A DNA stretch of 64,000 nt from the IMG/VR virus record IMGVR_UViG_2522572160_000003; one strand, written 5' to 3'. Source of the DNA: a virus (lineage: Duplodnaviria > Caudoviricetes). Position 1 is the first letter of the stretch. Each line of letters starts with the position of its first letter. The notes beneath the pieces were generated by a model, which had not been told where the DNA came from, did no database searches, and was given only the letters and a program-made list of their open reading frames with translations. Of the stretch, positions 46,487-55,287 are shown one piece after another. A program made the position numbers and the translations under genes.

Positions 46487-47998
46487 TTACCCCATAAACC
46501 CGTCCATGCGGGTGGATGCGCGTTTTTTGCCGGTGGAGTTGAAGTCGATTTCCACGCCGTCGATATTCTGGACGGCGTACCAGGCCATGCACCCGGCTAT
46601 GGCCGAATCCCCGTGGCGCTGCCCTCCGTCCGAGCCTTTCGTCCGGTAATCGTCCGGCACCTTGGCCACGCCTTTTCTCATCTTTACGGACCGATGATCC
46701 TCCAGGATGTCCGAGTCCCTGGGGATAAGGATTTCCTTGTCTTCAAAGGCCTTTTTGTATTTGGGCATGGTTTCCTGATACCAGCCCTGGGACGGACTAA
46801 CCATGTGGATGCGTGCGGAGCCGTAGCGCTGCATGGCCACTTCGGCCAGGTATTGGCCGTTGCCCCGTGAGTCCAGGGCGCCGCCCGTAAAACGCGGCAG
46901 CCTGTCCACGATGTAAAAAAGCACATGCCTTTGCTGCTCAAACGGGACGTTTCTCAAGTCCGCAACAAAGGGCGCGTGGTATTTCAGGCCGGGCTGTTCC
47001 TGTAATGGGAAGATGTCGGTCAAGTCGCCTGTCCGGCCGAAGTCCTCTCCAAAGTAGGTTTTCAAGTATGGGTCCAGCCGATCCAAATGCGGCTTAAGGT
47101 TTTCCTCGCACCATTCCCTTGCCGCCTTTTCCCGGACGAATTCATGCTCGTGGACGAAAGAGTCCTTGCACTTCCAGCGATAAACCGGGATGTCCGGGCT
47201 CATGCACGAAAGGACCAAAGTCCGGGCCAGGTAGATATCCGCGCCATGGGCCGGGATCACGAACAATTCCTCGTCTGCGTCGTCGCCGTAATTGTCCACA
47301 ACGTCCTTGCGCCAGGCGTCCTGGCCTTCCTGGGTCCATTCGATGCCGCGCCGCAGGCAAACGCGGCCGTAAAGTCCGTCCGCCAAGGCGTCGTCAAATG
47401 TGGTGGTGTGGAGGGAATAAGGCTTTTTCCCCGCCTTGATAGCCTCGATCAACTCGTTGAATGGGTTGTCCACGCCGTTATGGGTGGAAATGATAACCAC
47501 GCGGCCGCCCCAAATCAGCATGGCCATGGCGGCCTTGATAAGCCCGGCCAGGTCGTCGTGAAAGGCCGCCTCGTCTATAACGATCTTCCCCTGCTTGCCG
47601 CGCAGGTTGGCGGGCCTGGAGGATAAGGCGACAATCTTGTGCCCGGAATGAAACCGGATGCGAAAGGCCAGGATGCTTTTCTTTTCGTCGGCTTCGTCGT
47701 CAAACAGGAATTCCTCAATCTCCCCGGCCGCCTCGTTGTAAAACCGCGCCCAATCCGCGCAATCCTCTATGAACTCCTGGGCCATGTCCTTGTTGTAGCC
47801 GATGTAAAACACGTCCATGCCATTCTCGGAAGCGGCAAGGAGGGTGTCTTCTCCGGCTTCGCCCCAGGAGGCGCCGATCCGCCTGGATTTCTCCCACAGT
47901 TTGACCTGGGCCTGATCCTTGGCCCATTCTTGCTGGTAGCCAAGAAACACAGCCGGAGTGCGGTGGGAGCGGTCTTCTTTTCCAGGGTGGCCTTTCAT
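46487..47998 (-). CDS. Terminase large subunit (Mu gp28-like)
   Basis: EKSRRIGASW, LSSRPANLRG.QG, IDEAAFH, IISTHNG and HGDSA motifs. Confidence 0.93.
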   Translation of the reverse strand: MKGHPGKEDRSHRTPAVFLGYQQEWAKDQAQVKLWEKSRRIGASWGEAGEDTLLAASENGMDVFYIGYNKDMAQEFIEDCADWARFYNEAAGEIEEFLFDDEADEKKSILAFRIRFHSGHKIVALSSRPANLRGKQGKIVIDEAAFHDDLAGLIKAAMAMLIWGGRVVIISTHNGVDNPFNELIEAIKAGKKPYSLHTTTFDDALADGLYGRVCLRRGIEWTQEGQDAWRKDVVDNYGDDADEELFVIPAHGADIYLARTLVLSCMSPDIPVYRWKCKDSFVHEHEFVREKAAREWCEENLKPHLDRLDPYLKTYFGEDFGRTGDLTDIFPLQEQPGLKYHAPFVADLRNVPFEQQRHVLFYIVDRLPRFTGGALDSRGNGQYLAEVAMQRYGSARIHMVSPSQGWYQETMPKYKKAFEDKEILIPRDSDILEDHRSVKMRKGVAKVPDDYRTKGSDGGQRHGDSAIAGCMAWYAVQNIDGVEIDFNSTGKKRASTRMDGFMG

Positions 47999-48522
47999 CA
48001 GTTGGCAATCCCCAATATCTTGCGTTTGATTTTGTCGGCAGCGTCATCGGACAGGCCGCTCTTTTTCACGGCGTCCGCCACTTCGCCAGCCACCTTTTTG
48101 ACCCGGGCGGCCAGGTCGGCTTTCAACTTTTCCCGGGCCACGGAAGAGGCTTGCAGCTTGGCCACGTCCGAAATCAGCCGGGGAATCTCCAAAATGTCCG
48201 CCTCCCCGGAAACCAGCCCGGCCATGACCTTTTGCAGCATCATCTTGGAGGTGGCTTCCTCCAAGGTCAGGCCTTCGCCCACCTCGGACTTCAAGGCCTG
48301 GGCCTGGTCTTCAAACTGTTTGACGGCCTGATAAGCCTCGAAAAACGTCTTGCCGTACCGGCCCATGGACGAACGGCTGATGTCATGGCCGCGATCCTTG
48401 CAATACTGGCAGGCTTCCTCGTAGGTGGCCCCTTCCAGGAGGATGCGGTGCAGTTCTTCCCGGAGATCCCGGGGAAGCTCCGTCTCGATCCGGGAGCGTT
48501 TCCTGATTTTGGCGTGGCCCAT
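47998..48522 (-). CDS. Terminase small subunit (Mu gp27/DUF3486-like)
   Basis: RS.IE..LP, ISRSSMGRY and GLSDD....IKRKILGI motifs. Confidence 0.85.
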   Translation of the reverse strand: MGHAKIRKRSRIETELPRDLREELHRILLEGATYEEACQYCKDRGHDISRSSMGRYGKTFFEAYQAVKQFEDQAQALKSEVGEGLTLEEATSKMMLQKVMAGLVSGEADILEIPRLISDVAKLQASSVAREKLKADLAARVKKVAGEVADAVKKSGLSDDAADKIKRKILGIAN

Positions 48523-48771
48523 TTATTCCAACTCACTTTCCAGGGCGGCGATCTTCCCGCAGGTTTCCAGGTATTCGGCTTTCAGGGAGGCGGCTTCCGA
48601 CAAATGAACGGCCGCGCCTTCAATGTCCAATTGCTCGATGGACGTCACCGTGCTGGCGGCCAGGGTGTTTTTGACGGCCCGCAAATTGGCCGCGATCCGG
48701 CCTGCAAGCTCAATCTTTTTGGGTTTCAGGTCGGCGATGTGTCCTTTGATGATGGCCCTTTGCGTATTCAT
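48523..48771 (-). CDS. Hypothetical coiled-coil protein
   Basis: Tightly coupled within the late operon. Confidence 0.65.
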   Translation of the reverse strand: MNTQRAIIKGHIADLKPKKIELAGRIAANLRAVKNTLAASTVTSIEQLDIEGAAVHLSEAASLKAEYLETCGKIAALESELE

Positions 48772-49082
48772 TGACCGGTCTCCTTTCTGACCATGGGGCA
48801 GAAGGTGTTGTTTTTGATGGCGTTCACCAGGTTGGTTTGGGCCTGGGTGTTCAGGTGGATGATTTCGGCCAGCTCGTTGGCCAGCTTCTGGTAATTGGTC
48901 ACAAGCTCCACGTTGTTTTCGTAGAACTTGGCCAGGGTGGCCATGTCGTTTTTGTACTCCGCCAAAATCCGTTCGGTGCGGCGCTGATCCACATACCAGA
49001 CGATAAAAATCAGGCCTGGCAGACCCAAAACGCTGGCGATCACCCCAATTGTCGAAGCCGGTATGGTTTCAAGGATTCCCAT
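48768..49082 (-). CDS. Small membrane protein (TM plus coiled coil), possibly lysis-associated
   Basis: GGAGG RBS; N-terminal TM LGLPGLIFIVWY. Confidence 0.6.
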   Translation of the reverse strand: MGILETIPASTIGVIASVLGLPGLIFIVWYVDQRRTERILAEYKNDMATLAKFYENNVELVTNYQKLANELAEIIHLNTQAQTNLVNAIKNNTFCPMVRKETGQ

Positions 49083-49301
49083 TTATCCTCCCGTGGTTTT
49101 ATGGAGCCGTTCGTATTCTTCCTGACAGTCAATGCATCTTTCACAGCCGGGTACGGCTTGCCGCCTGGCCAGGGGGATGGGGTCTCCGCAATCCCGGCAT
49201 GTTTCGTATGTGCGTATGCCCGGCCTTGTCCTTGCCGCCGCTATGGCCTGGCGGGTGAAATCTGCCTCTTTCTCTTGGGCCATGTCCGTGGCGTCTGGCA
49301 T
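49083..49301 (-). CDS. TraR/DksA C4 zinc-finger protein
   Basis: MPD..D.A...CRDCGDPIP.ARRQAVPGCERCIDCQ. Confidence 0.9.
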   Translation of the reverse strand: MPDATDMAQEKEADFTRQAIAAARTRPGIRTYETCRDCGDPIPLARRQAVPGCERCIDCQEEYERLHKTTGG

Positions 49302-49305
49302 GCGC

Positions 49306-49878
49306 TTATCCTTGGCCGCGTATGGCTGACACGACGCTGGACACAATGCCTGGCTTTGCCACTTCGCCAGCCTTGGCGCGTTTCTCCTTGCCGCGATCCC
49401 AGGTTGTGACGCCCAGGATCGCCCCGAAGGATAGCCATATCCAGTCCGGAACGTTCGGCACCTCGCAATGCGCCAGGGGTAAAATTACGTAAACAGCCAA
49501 GGCTGTGACTGGAAAACAGAAGCCGATAAAGGGCCGCCATGAGTATTGAATCCAATGCTCGGACTTCCCTTCTGTCCGCATAGTCGAGTTGACTTCCTGG
49601 ATAGTCGTCACACGTTCGGCCGATTCAATGCGGGCGTTTTCCACCACCAGCTTTTGGAGTTCCAGGGTGTTTTGTAGTTCCAGTTCCCGGAGCTTGAGAG
49701 CGGCTTCCGGGTCGGCGTTTATGGCGGCTTCCAGGGCCTCGGGATCGTCGGGATCTGTCCCGAACAGGGAGGCAACCAGGGTTCCAAGTGCTGCGCCTCC
49801 GGCCGGGCCTGCCACGGCTGTTCCGAGTAAGGGCGCTCCCACCTTGGCGATCGTCTTGCCAACTGATTTCCAATCCAT
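49306..49878 (-). CDS. Holin (3TM/GTA-type)
   Basis: Start re-called at MDWKSVG; E.KSEHW...SWRPFIG and ILGV..W.R..EK; next to the M23 gene. Confidence 0.75.
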   Translation of the reverse strand: MDWKSVGKTIAKVGAPLLGTAVAGPAGGAALGTLVASLFGTDPDDPEALEAAINADPEAALKLRELELQNTLELQKLVVENARIESAERVTTIQEVNSTMRTEGKSEHWIQYSWRPFIGFCFPVTALAVYVILPLAHCEVPNVPDWIWLSFGAILGVTTWDRGKEKRAKAGEVAKPGIVSSVVSAIRGQG

Positions 49879-49882
49879 GCGT

Positions 49883-50281
49883 TTATTCCCCCATGAACAA
49901 CGCCGGGTCGGCGTGCTCGATCTGCAAATGCACGTGGGGCTGCATGTCCGGGTGGTTGTACCGTTGGGTGATGTCCTGGGCCGTGCCGATGACTTCGCCC
50001 TGTTCAACGCGATCGCCAGGGCGTTCGGTGACGTCCACATAAAACATCTTGACCGCGACCTTATCGCCCTGGATAAGTACGCCGCTGTATGGCCCTTGGG
50101 CGTATGGCCTGGCCAGCCGGATAACGCGGCCTGTAATGGGGGAGACAACGTCCTGGCCGGGTTCACAAAGGAAGTCCATGCCTTCGTGGATGCGTCCGCC
50201 TCGGGAGGCTCCGTAAAAACCGGCGCCGGCCGCATCGCTTCTCATGCACTTTCCGGTGGGGCTGATGATGATTTTTTCCAT
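49883..50281 (-). CDS. M23 peptidase-fold putative endolysin, LECT2-like
   Basis: HEGMD (HxxxD) and HVH zinc motifs; first gene of the late operon, upstream of the holin. Confidence 0.8.
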   Translation of the reverse strand: MEKIIISPTGKCMRSDAAGAGFYGASRGGRIHEGMDFLCEPGQDVVSPITGRVIRLARPYAQGPYSGVLIQGDKVAVKMFYVDVTERPGDRVEQGEVIGTAQDITQRYNHPDMQPHVHLQIEHADPALFMGE

Positions 50282-50293
50282 ATCGTTTTCCCT

Positions 50294-50417
50294 CTCGTTC
50301 CCATGCTCCGCGTGGGAATGCATACGATTGTCCGTCATTCCCGAATGTCCCTATCGGGAACCCAGCGTCGTTGTATTTCTCCCTCCCCCTTGACGGGGGA
50401 GGGCCGGGGTGGGGGTG
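50294..50417 (+). repeat. Cluster of three different REP-like palindromes
   Basis: Family B at 50294-50321; GTCATTCCCGA...TCGGGAACCC at 50334-50363; CCCTCCCCCTTGACGGGGGAGGGCCGGGGTGGGGGTG at 50381-50417. Confidence 0.75.
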
Positions 50418-50651
50418 ATTCCCCGCGCCATTTAGCCGCCGGGCTTCCCGGCCTCCGTCGCTCCCTCCCCCACTGCCACGTTGAAGGGAGGGAGCTTTCG
50501 GATGGAGTGATACTGATGGCCTACTGCTATGGCCCGGCAAGTGGGGGCTTGCAGGGCAAATCATGGGGCCTACTTTATGGGAAATATAGAGGGGAAGTCG
50601 CGCCGGTTTGTCCGGGTTTGTCCGCTTAATTTGATAAGTTGTGAAAAACTT

Positions 50652-50969
50652 TTAGATATCGAACAGGGAGAGTTGCTGGGGTTGCTCCGCATTGATGCGG
50701 GCGTAGGTTTGGTTGCGGATGAGGTAGGCCACAAGCTCGTCGTGTCTGACGCGCTTATGACCTCCTGTCGAGTAGGTATCGATGCATTCCGGGTCCATGG
50801 GGGTGGTTTCGCTGGGTCCGGGTTCGTAGGTGTTTGCGCGGCGGCGGAAAGTCCGGTCGGATATGCCCAGGATGCGGCACACGTCGCCCGGAGTATAGGA
50901 CGGCTTGGCCGGGATCTTCGCGACATCAAGCATGCCCTTCAACTGCATTTCCGCCGTTTTAACGTCCAT
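50652..50969 (-). CDS. MerR/Xis-like HTH protein, candidate late-gene activator
   Basis: YTPGDVCRILGISDRTFRR and T.GGHKR motifs; last early/middle gene before the lysis operon. Confidence 0.6.
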   Translation of the reverse strand: MDVKTAEMQLKGMLDVAKIPAKPSYTPGDVCRILGISDRTFRRRANTYEPGPSETTPMDPECIDTYSTGGHKRVRHDELVAYLIRNQTYARINAEQPQQLSLFDI

Positions 50970-50980
50970 TTAAAACCTCT

Positions 50981-51448
50981 TTAAAACACGTATTCAACCA
51001 GCGCCAAGATCCCAAAGATTATTAAGACCGCAATAACCAGAATGCCCGGAACCGCCCACGTGTTGTCCGTAGGGGCAGGGTTTCCCTGCCCGTCTTTTGT
51101 AGCGGCGGGCCCCTGTGCCTGCCCCTCGTTCCCATGGTCCCCGTGGGAATGCATACCGGCGTCCATTCCATGGATTTCCCTCCATTTTTTTGACGCTTCC
51201 GGGCCGAAGCCTCTTTCCAGGCCGCGCTCCAAAATCTCTTGTTTCATGTAAACTGCCAGGTCCAGTACTTCCTGGTACGCATCCAAAAGGGCGTCCCGCC
51301 CGTTATGGGTGGTCAAAGGTTCGCCGTATTTTTTAATGCCAACCTGGATGCGCGCTTCCAGATCTTTAATCACTTCCGGCAATACCTCCACGCCCGGCCT
51401 TTCGCGGGTGGGCTTGGGTTGTCTGATTGCTGCTTTGCGTTCGCTCAT
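50981..51448 (-). CDS. Phage hypothetical protein (all-alpha, possibly MazG-like) with REP-derived linker and C-terminal TM
   Basis: R..VG.KKYG..L...NGRDAL.DAYQE.LD..VY; three palindromes in frame at 51069-51156. Confidence 0.55.
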   Translation of the reverse strand: MSERKAAIRQPKPTRERPGVEVLPEVIKDLEARIQVGIKKYGEPLTTHNGRDALLDAYQEVLDLAVYMKQEILERGLERGFGPEASKKWREIHGMDAGMHSHGDHGNEGQAQGPAATKDGQGNPAPTDNTWAVPGILVIAVLIIFGILALVEYVF

Positions 51449-52173
51449 TAGATGTTCCTCAATGATTTCTTTTCGGTGTAGTCCACGTCCAGCTCCAGGC
51501 ACAGCATGCCCAGCTCACGGCGGAAATCATGCCAATGGATGCGGCTTTCCCGTTCTTTGTCGTGGTTGATTTTGCCGACTTTGTAGTGATCCACATACTT
51601 GTGGGTGGCGCGGATCACGGCCAGAGCCTGGGCGGGGTCTATGACCGGCTCCAAGGATATCCAGGTTTTTATGCCCATGGCCTTGGCGGTTTTTATGGCC
51701 GCTATTCTGCTTTTCACCGTGGCTGCAAACGGCTCCCAACGGTTGACCGAGCCTTGCTTGATCCATACAAGGGAGGTTCCGAAAGAGCATTTGTCGTACC
51801 CTTTCAACAAATGGAAATCCTTGATCGCTCTTAGCCCGCCCTTGGTCAAAACCGTAAATCTTAATTTATGATGAATTAAGATTTTGATTGCTTCGCGGGT
51901 GGCTTCCCCGCCCATCCACGGGTAAGGATCGCCGATGAATGACAAAAGGATTTCTCGGTCGTCGCCTTTGGCTTCCACCCTGGCCGCGTCATGTTCCAGC
52001 CTTTCCAGGGCGTTCTTTTTCAGTTGGGCCGGTTGGTTGAATGCTTCGCGCGCCTTCCTGGTGGCGCCGGGGGCGTAGCAGTACAGACACCCGTGCGGGC
52101 ATGTCGTGTACAGGTTGCAGGCAAGAGGCGCGTATTCCCTGGCCGCCCCTTTTGGTTCGTAAATTATTTTCAT
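51448..52173 (-). CDS. Radical SAM protein (spore-photoproduct-lyase-like, phage type)
   Basis: CPHGCLYC (CxxxCxxC), DPY, VLTK and WISLEP motifs. Confidence 0.85.
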   Translation of the reverse strand: MKIIYEPKGAAREYAPLACNLYTTCPHGCLYCYAPGATRKAREAFNQPAQLKKNALERLEHDAARVEAKGDDREILLSFIGDPYPWMGGEATREAIKILIHHKLRFTVLTKGGLRAIKDFHLLKGYDKCSFGTSLVWIKQGSVNRWEPFAATVKSRIAAIKTAKAMGIKTWISLEPVIDPAQALAVIRATHKYVDHYKVGKINHDKERESRIHWHDFRRELGMLCLELDVDYTEKKSLRNI

Positions 52174-52691
52174 TTTTTCAGACCCTTTTTAAAGTCCTCA
52201 TAGATGCTTTTGCCGATGTCTTTGCTCAGGCTTTCGCCGTATCCTGCGGCGCGTGCTGCCTGGGCTGTGCCGTCGTTTTCGGCCTGGTTGCGTTCTTTTT
52301 CGATGATGACGGATTCCTCTTTGGCGATGGAGTAGGCGATGGCCCGCAGGTAGTTGTGTGAGTCGAGAGGAAGATCCGAGGGCGGCCTGGCAATCATGCG
52401 TTCGATGGCCCTGGCCCAGATTTCCGGGCGGTTTTGGAGCACCCGGTTGTTTTTCCATCCGATTTCAGCGGCCATGGCCAGGGAGTTTAATTCCTGGATC
52501 AGGCGGAGGGCCTTTTTCCATTGGAGTCCCCGGCCTGATGCAGGCCGGAAAAATCCCAGGTACGAAAGCGCCACGGGCGCCACGGCCTTGTTCATTTTGG
52601 CGACGATGCCCAGGCATTGCCGGGCGTCGGCGTCATTCTCCCACGCCTCCGCGCTATGGATTGCCCCGCATGACGGACAGACCATTTTCAT
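52170..52691 (-). CDS. Mu-like hypothetical protein with N-terminal CxxC
   Basis: MKMVCPSCGA..S.EA, YL..FRP..RGL.W and PL..HNYL motifs. Confidence 0.7.
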   Translation of the reverse strand: MKMVCPSCGAIHSAEAWENDADARQCLGIVAKMNKAVAPVALSYLGFFRPASGRGLQWKKALRLIQELNSLAMAAEIGWKNNRVLQNRPEIWARAIERMIARPPSDLPLDSHNYLRAIAYSIAKEESVIIEKERNQAENDGTAQAARAAGYGESLSKDIGKSIYEDFKKGLKK

Positions 52692-52693
52692 GC

Positions 52694-53071
52694 TCACCAC
52701 CTTATCAACACGCCCTCAAAGGGCAGGCCGTAGTTTTGACGGAAAAAATCGACAAACTTTTCGGTCAAGGGGAATCCATCATCCTGGGCCAGCTTGAAAG
52801 CGGCTTCTCCATTCAATTCCTTGCCGTCCAGGACCACGCTTTCATCCGTATTAATTCGGATCGGCTGCACAGACTGGCACACGGCCTCCCGAAGAAAGAT
52901 GCGTTTGCCAGGCTTATAAGGCCCGGTATACATGCGCAGGATGTCGCCCGGCTTGATGGGCCGTTTCCGTTCCTTGCGGATGGTTTGATTCTTTAGTTCC
53001 GCCTTGACCATTGGCGCGAACTGTTTTTTGAACCCGACCACATGCTTGATTTGTTTTTTCTGTCCCGTCAT
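52694..53071 (-). CDS. ASCH/PUA-like domain protein
   Basis: K.QTIR, PGD.L..YTG, LAQDDGF and F.G.LIRW motifs. Confidence 0.8.
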   Translation of the reverse strand: MTGQKKQIKHVVGFKKQFAPMVKAELKNQTIRKERKRPIKPGDILRMYTGPYKPGKRIFLREAVCQSVQPIRINTDESVVLDGKELNGEAAFKLAQDDGFPLTEKFVDFFRQNYGLPFEGVLIRW

Positions 53072-53074
53072 GAA

Positions 53075-53770
53075 TTACCCTCCAATCAGGTCTTGTTCGC
53101 CCTTGGAATTGACGCCGTGCCTCACGTACACCTGTGACCCGGCTTCGCTTCCGTCCATCATGGCCTGGACGTCGTGGATGCTGACATTATGCTTTTTGCG
53201 CGGCTTGGAATCGACCAGGGCGGGATATTTTTGATCCATATAAGCTGTGATCAGCCTGTCCTCTTCCTCGGTAAGCGGAGGCTTGGGCAGGTTTTTAAAA
53301 GCGGCAAGCACCCACATTTCAGACCAAAGATCCGCCCGCTTTGTTTTGGTGGCCCTTTTCAGGCGTTTGGGCAGGCTGGCCATGTAGGCTTTGCGCCCGG
53401 CGACCAGGCGGCGGCGGAGCACGTCAAAGGTGTAGGCGGCAATCTCGGGATTGGGCGTGCGGCCTATAAAGTCCACGGCGAATGTGTAGTTTCGCCCGTC
53501 CCATCCGGGCAGGGAAACCGTGGAGCAGCGGAACAGCGCCCTCACTTTGTCGATCAAAAAGCCAATGTGCCGTGGGGGATTGTTCGCCCCCTGGGCCTCC
53601 TGGGTTTTTTGCCCGCTGATGTCGGACATGGCCACTTCATCCATGGAGATGTTGTACTTTTCCATCATGGCCTGGGCGTGGCGCAATGCGGACGCCGCCT
53701 CGTTGACGTTGGAGCTCCGCCCCAAAGCCAGGCACTTTTTGATTTTTTCGATGATTTGAGAATGATCCAT
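53075..53770 (-). CDS. DUF2786-domain protein
   Basis: IIEKIKKCLAL..S.N.NEA..A...AQ.MM.KYNI. Confidence 0.85.
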   Translation of the reverse strand: MDHSQIIEKIKKCLALGRSSNVNEAASALRHAQAMMEKYNISMDEVAMSDISGQKTQEAQGANNPPRHIGFLIDKVRALFRCSTVSLPGWDGRNYTFAVDFIGRTPNPEIAAYTFDVLRRRLVAGRKAYMASLPKRLKRATKTKRADLWSEMWVLAAFKNLPKPPLTEEEDRLITAYMDQKYPALVDSKPRKKHNVSIHDVQAMMDGSEAGSQVYVRHGVNSKGEQDLIGG

Positions 53771-54225
53771 TACGCCTCCTTATCCCTTCCATGCCTTTGG
53801 GCGTCTTTCCGCAGGGCGGTTATAATCTTGTACAGGTCCTTGGTATCCACCCATGCGATGCGGTCCACCTTGCATATGCGTTTTGCCATGGAGTCCGCAT
53901 AGGCCCACGGCCTCCCGGCTTCGGCCAGATAGGCCTCGATCTTTTTAAGCTGCGCGGATCTGCTGGACTTCGAGTCCATGTTTTTGGGGCGGCCCGGGTA
54001 AGAGTTGCGTTTTTTGCGAGTCGCCTTGAATCCGCAGTTTGCCAGGTGCTCTAAAACGGCGCGAAAGCCGTTAGCGTCCAAGTCCTTGGAGCTTTTGACC
54101 TTCGCGACGTTATGCAGCATCTCGCGGTACGTTGTTTCATCCATGCCAAGCTGATCCTTGGCTATATGGATTTTCGCCAGTTGCTTTTTGCGCCATACGG
54201 CGTAGTTATTGGGCTGATTGGTCAT
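53770..54225 (-). CDS. gemA: GemA/gp16 (DUF1018) regulatory protein
   Basis: LAKIHIAK.QLGMDE.TYR.ML...SSKDL and W.YAD.MAKR motifs. Confidence 0.85.
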   Translation of the reverse strand: MTNQPNNYAVWRKKQLAKIHIAKDQLGMDETTYREMLHNVAKVKSSKDLDANGFRAVLEHLANCGFKATRKKRNSYPGRPKNMDSKSSRSAQLKKIEAYLAEAGRPWAYADSMAKRICKVDRIAWVDTKDLYKIITALRKDAQRHGRDKEA

Positions 54226-54506
54226 GCCGCTTTTGCCTCCTTGCGGATATTCCTGATTTTCGTGAGGTGCGGGCATTCCCCCAGGCGGACGCTCATGGGT
54301 ACGTCCAAGTGGCTTCGCAGGGCTTGCATCATGCGTTTGGCCGATGCTTTGCTTTCGTGGGTGCAATGGGGTTCGGTGCCGAATTGTTTTTTGAGTTCCT
54401 GCCTGATTTCGTAGCCGCCTTTTGTTTGCCAGTACCACCAGTCGCACAGCGGCACGGGTTCTTCGTCCATATCCTCGATGATTACGACGTGGCATTTTAA
54501 AGCCAT
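54222..54506 (-). CDS. Hypothetical protein
   Basis: Coupled within the early operon. Confidence 0.6.
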   Translation of the reverse strand: MALKCHVVIIEDMDEEPVPLCDWWYWQTKGGYEIRQELKKQFGTEPHCTHESKASAKRMMQALRSHLDVPMSVRLGECPHLTKIRNIRKEAKAA

Positions 54507-54509
54507 GAT

Positions 54510-54716
54510 TTAAACCTCCATCCGATAAAGCCATTTTCCGCCGTCACGACGGCAATGGATAACGCGGCCATTTTCCCGCAGCTCGGCCACAATGGAATTG
54601 ACCGCGCACACATTGGCCTGGGCTATGATTGCCATGGTGGAGAATTCCAGGCCCGAGGAAAGCAGGGCGTCCACCTTTTGAAGCCGTTCGCTTTTTTGTA
54701 TGTCTGCCGCGTTCAT
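54510..54716 (-). CDS. Small winged-helix protein
   Basis: S.RLQ.V..LL...STM.I...A.VCAVNS.VAELR.NG; GGAGG RBS. Confidence 0.65.
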   Translation of the reverse strand: MNAADIQKSERLQKVDALLSSGLEFSTMAIIAQANVCAVNSIVAELRENGRVIHCRRDGGKWLYRMEV

Positions 54717-54765
54717 TGCCGCCTCCGTTGGTTGGTAATGGCGGGCCTGGCAGCCCGCCTTCGGT

Positions 54766-55287
54766 TTACGCCGCCCTGTCCGTCAATTTGGTTTCGTCTG
54801 GCTCTATCCAGAACGTGTCTTTCTCCACGATCCGGGCGTCCACCATGGCCAGGCGTTCCTCGGGCCAATCCCGGAGAACGTCCTTGTTCACGGTTTCCTT
54901 GACGCGGATGCCTTCCGAAAAGCCCAGGGATTTCAATTTTTCAAGAATCGACGCCAGGGTCTTTTTGGGCTGGGCCTTGACTTCCTTGGAACGGCGAAAC
55001 CCGATGCTTCCAAAATCCAGATCCACCGAGCGCTTTTTAGCGAACAGGGAGTCCTTGTTCATTTCAGCATAGGCCAGGAGCCCGTTTTCAATGGCCTCCA
55101 TTTTTGTTTGCCACGGGGCGGCTGCGACCTCCGCGTCCGCTTTGGCCTGGTCGATGCGATCATTCATGTTCGCGTTGACGGCCTCGATCTCGCGTTTGAT
55201 GGCGGCGATTTCCCGCAGGGCTTCGTTTGCTTCTTTCAGATCGCGTACAGGGTACAAGCTGTTTTTGTTGGGTTTTTTCCTTGCCAT
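54766..55287 (-). CDS. gam: Host-nuclease inhibitor Gam
   Basis: EA..AL.EIA...R...K.SV.L.FG.IGFR and IRVKE.VNK motifs. Confidence 0.9.
   Translation of the reverse strand: MARKKPNKNSLYPVRDLKEANEALREIAAIKREIEAVNANMNDRIDQAKADAEVAAAPWQTKMEAIENGLLAYAEMNKDSLFAKKRSVDLDFGSIGFRRSKEVKAQPKKTLASILEKLKSLGFSEGIRVKETVNKDVLRDWPEERLAMVDARIVEKDTFWIEPDETKLTDRAA

Noticed and set aside
43832-46870. 1012-aa + strand ORF
   Set aside because: Antisense shadow of the GC-rich gpG/portal/terminase genes; no motifs or RBS.
49879-50235. N-terminal extension of the holin in the ORF track (49306..50235)
   Set aside because: Overlaps the M23 gene in another frame; the real start is MDWKSVG at 49878.
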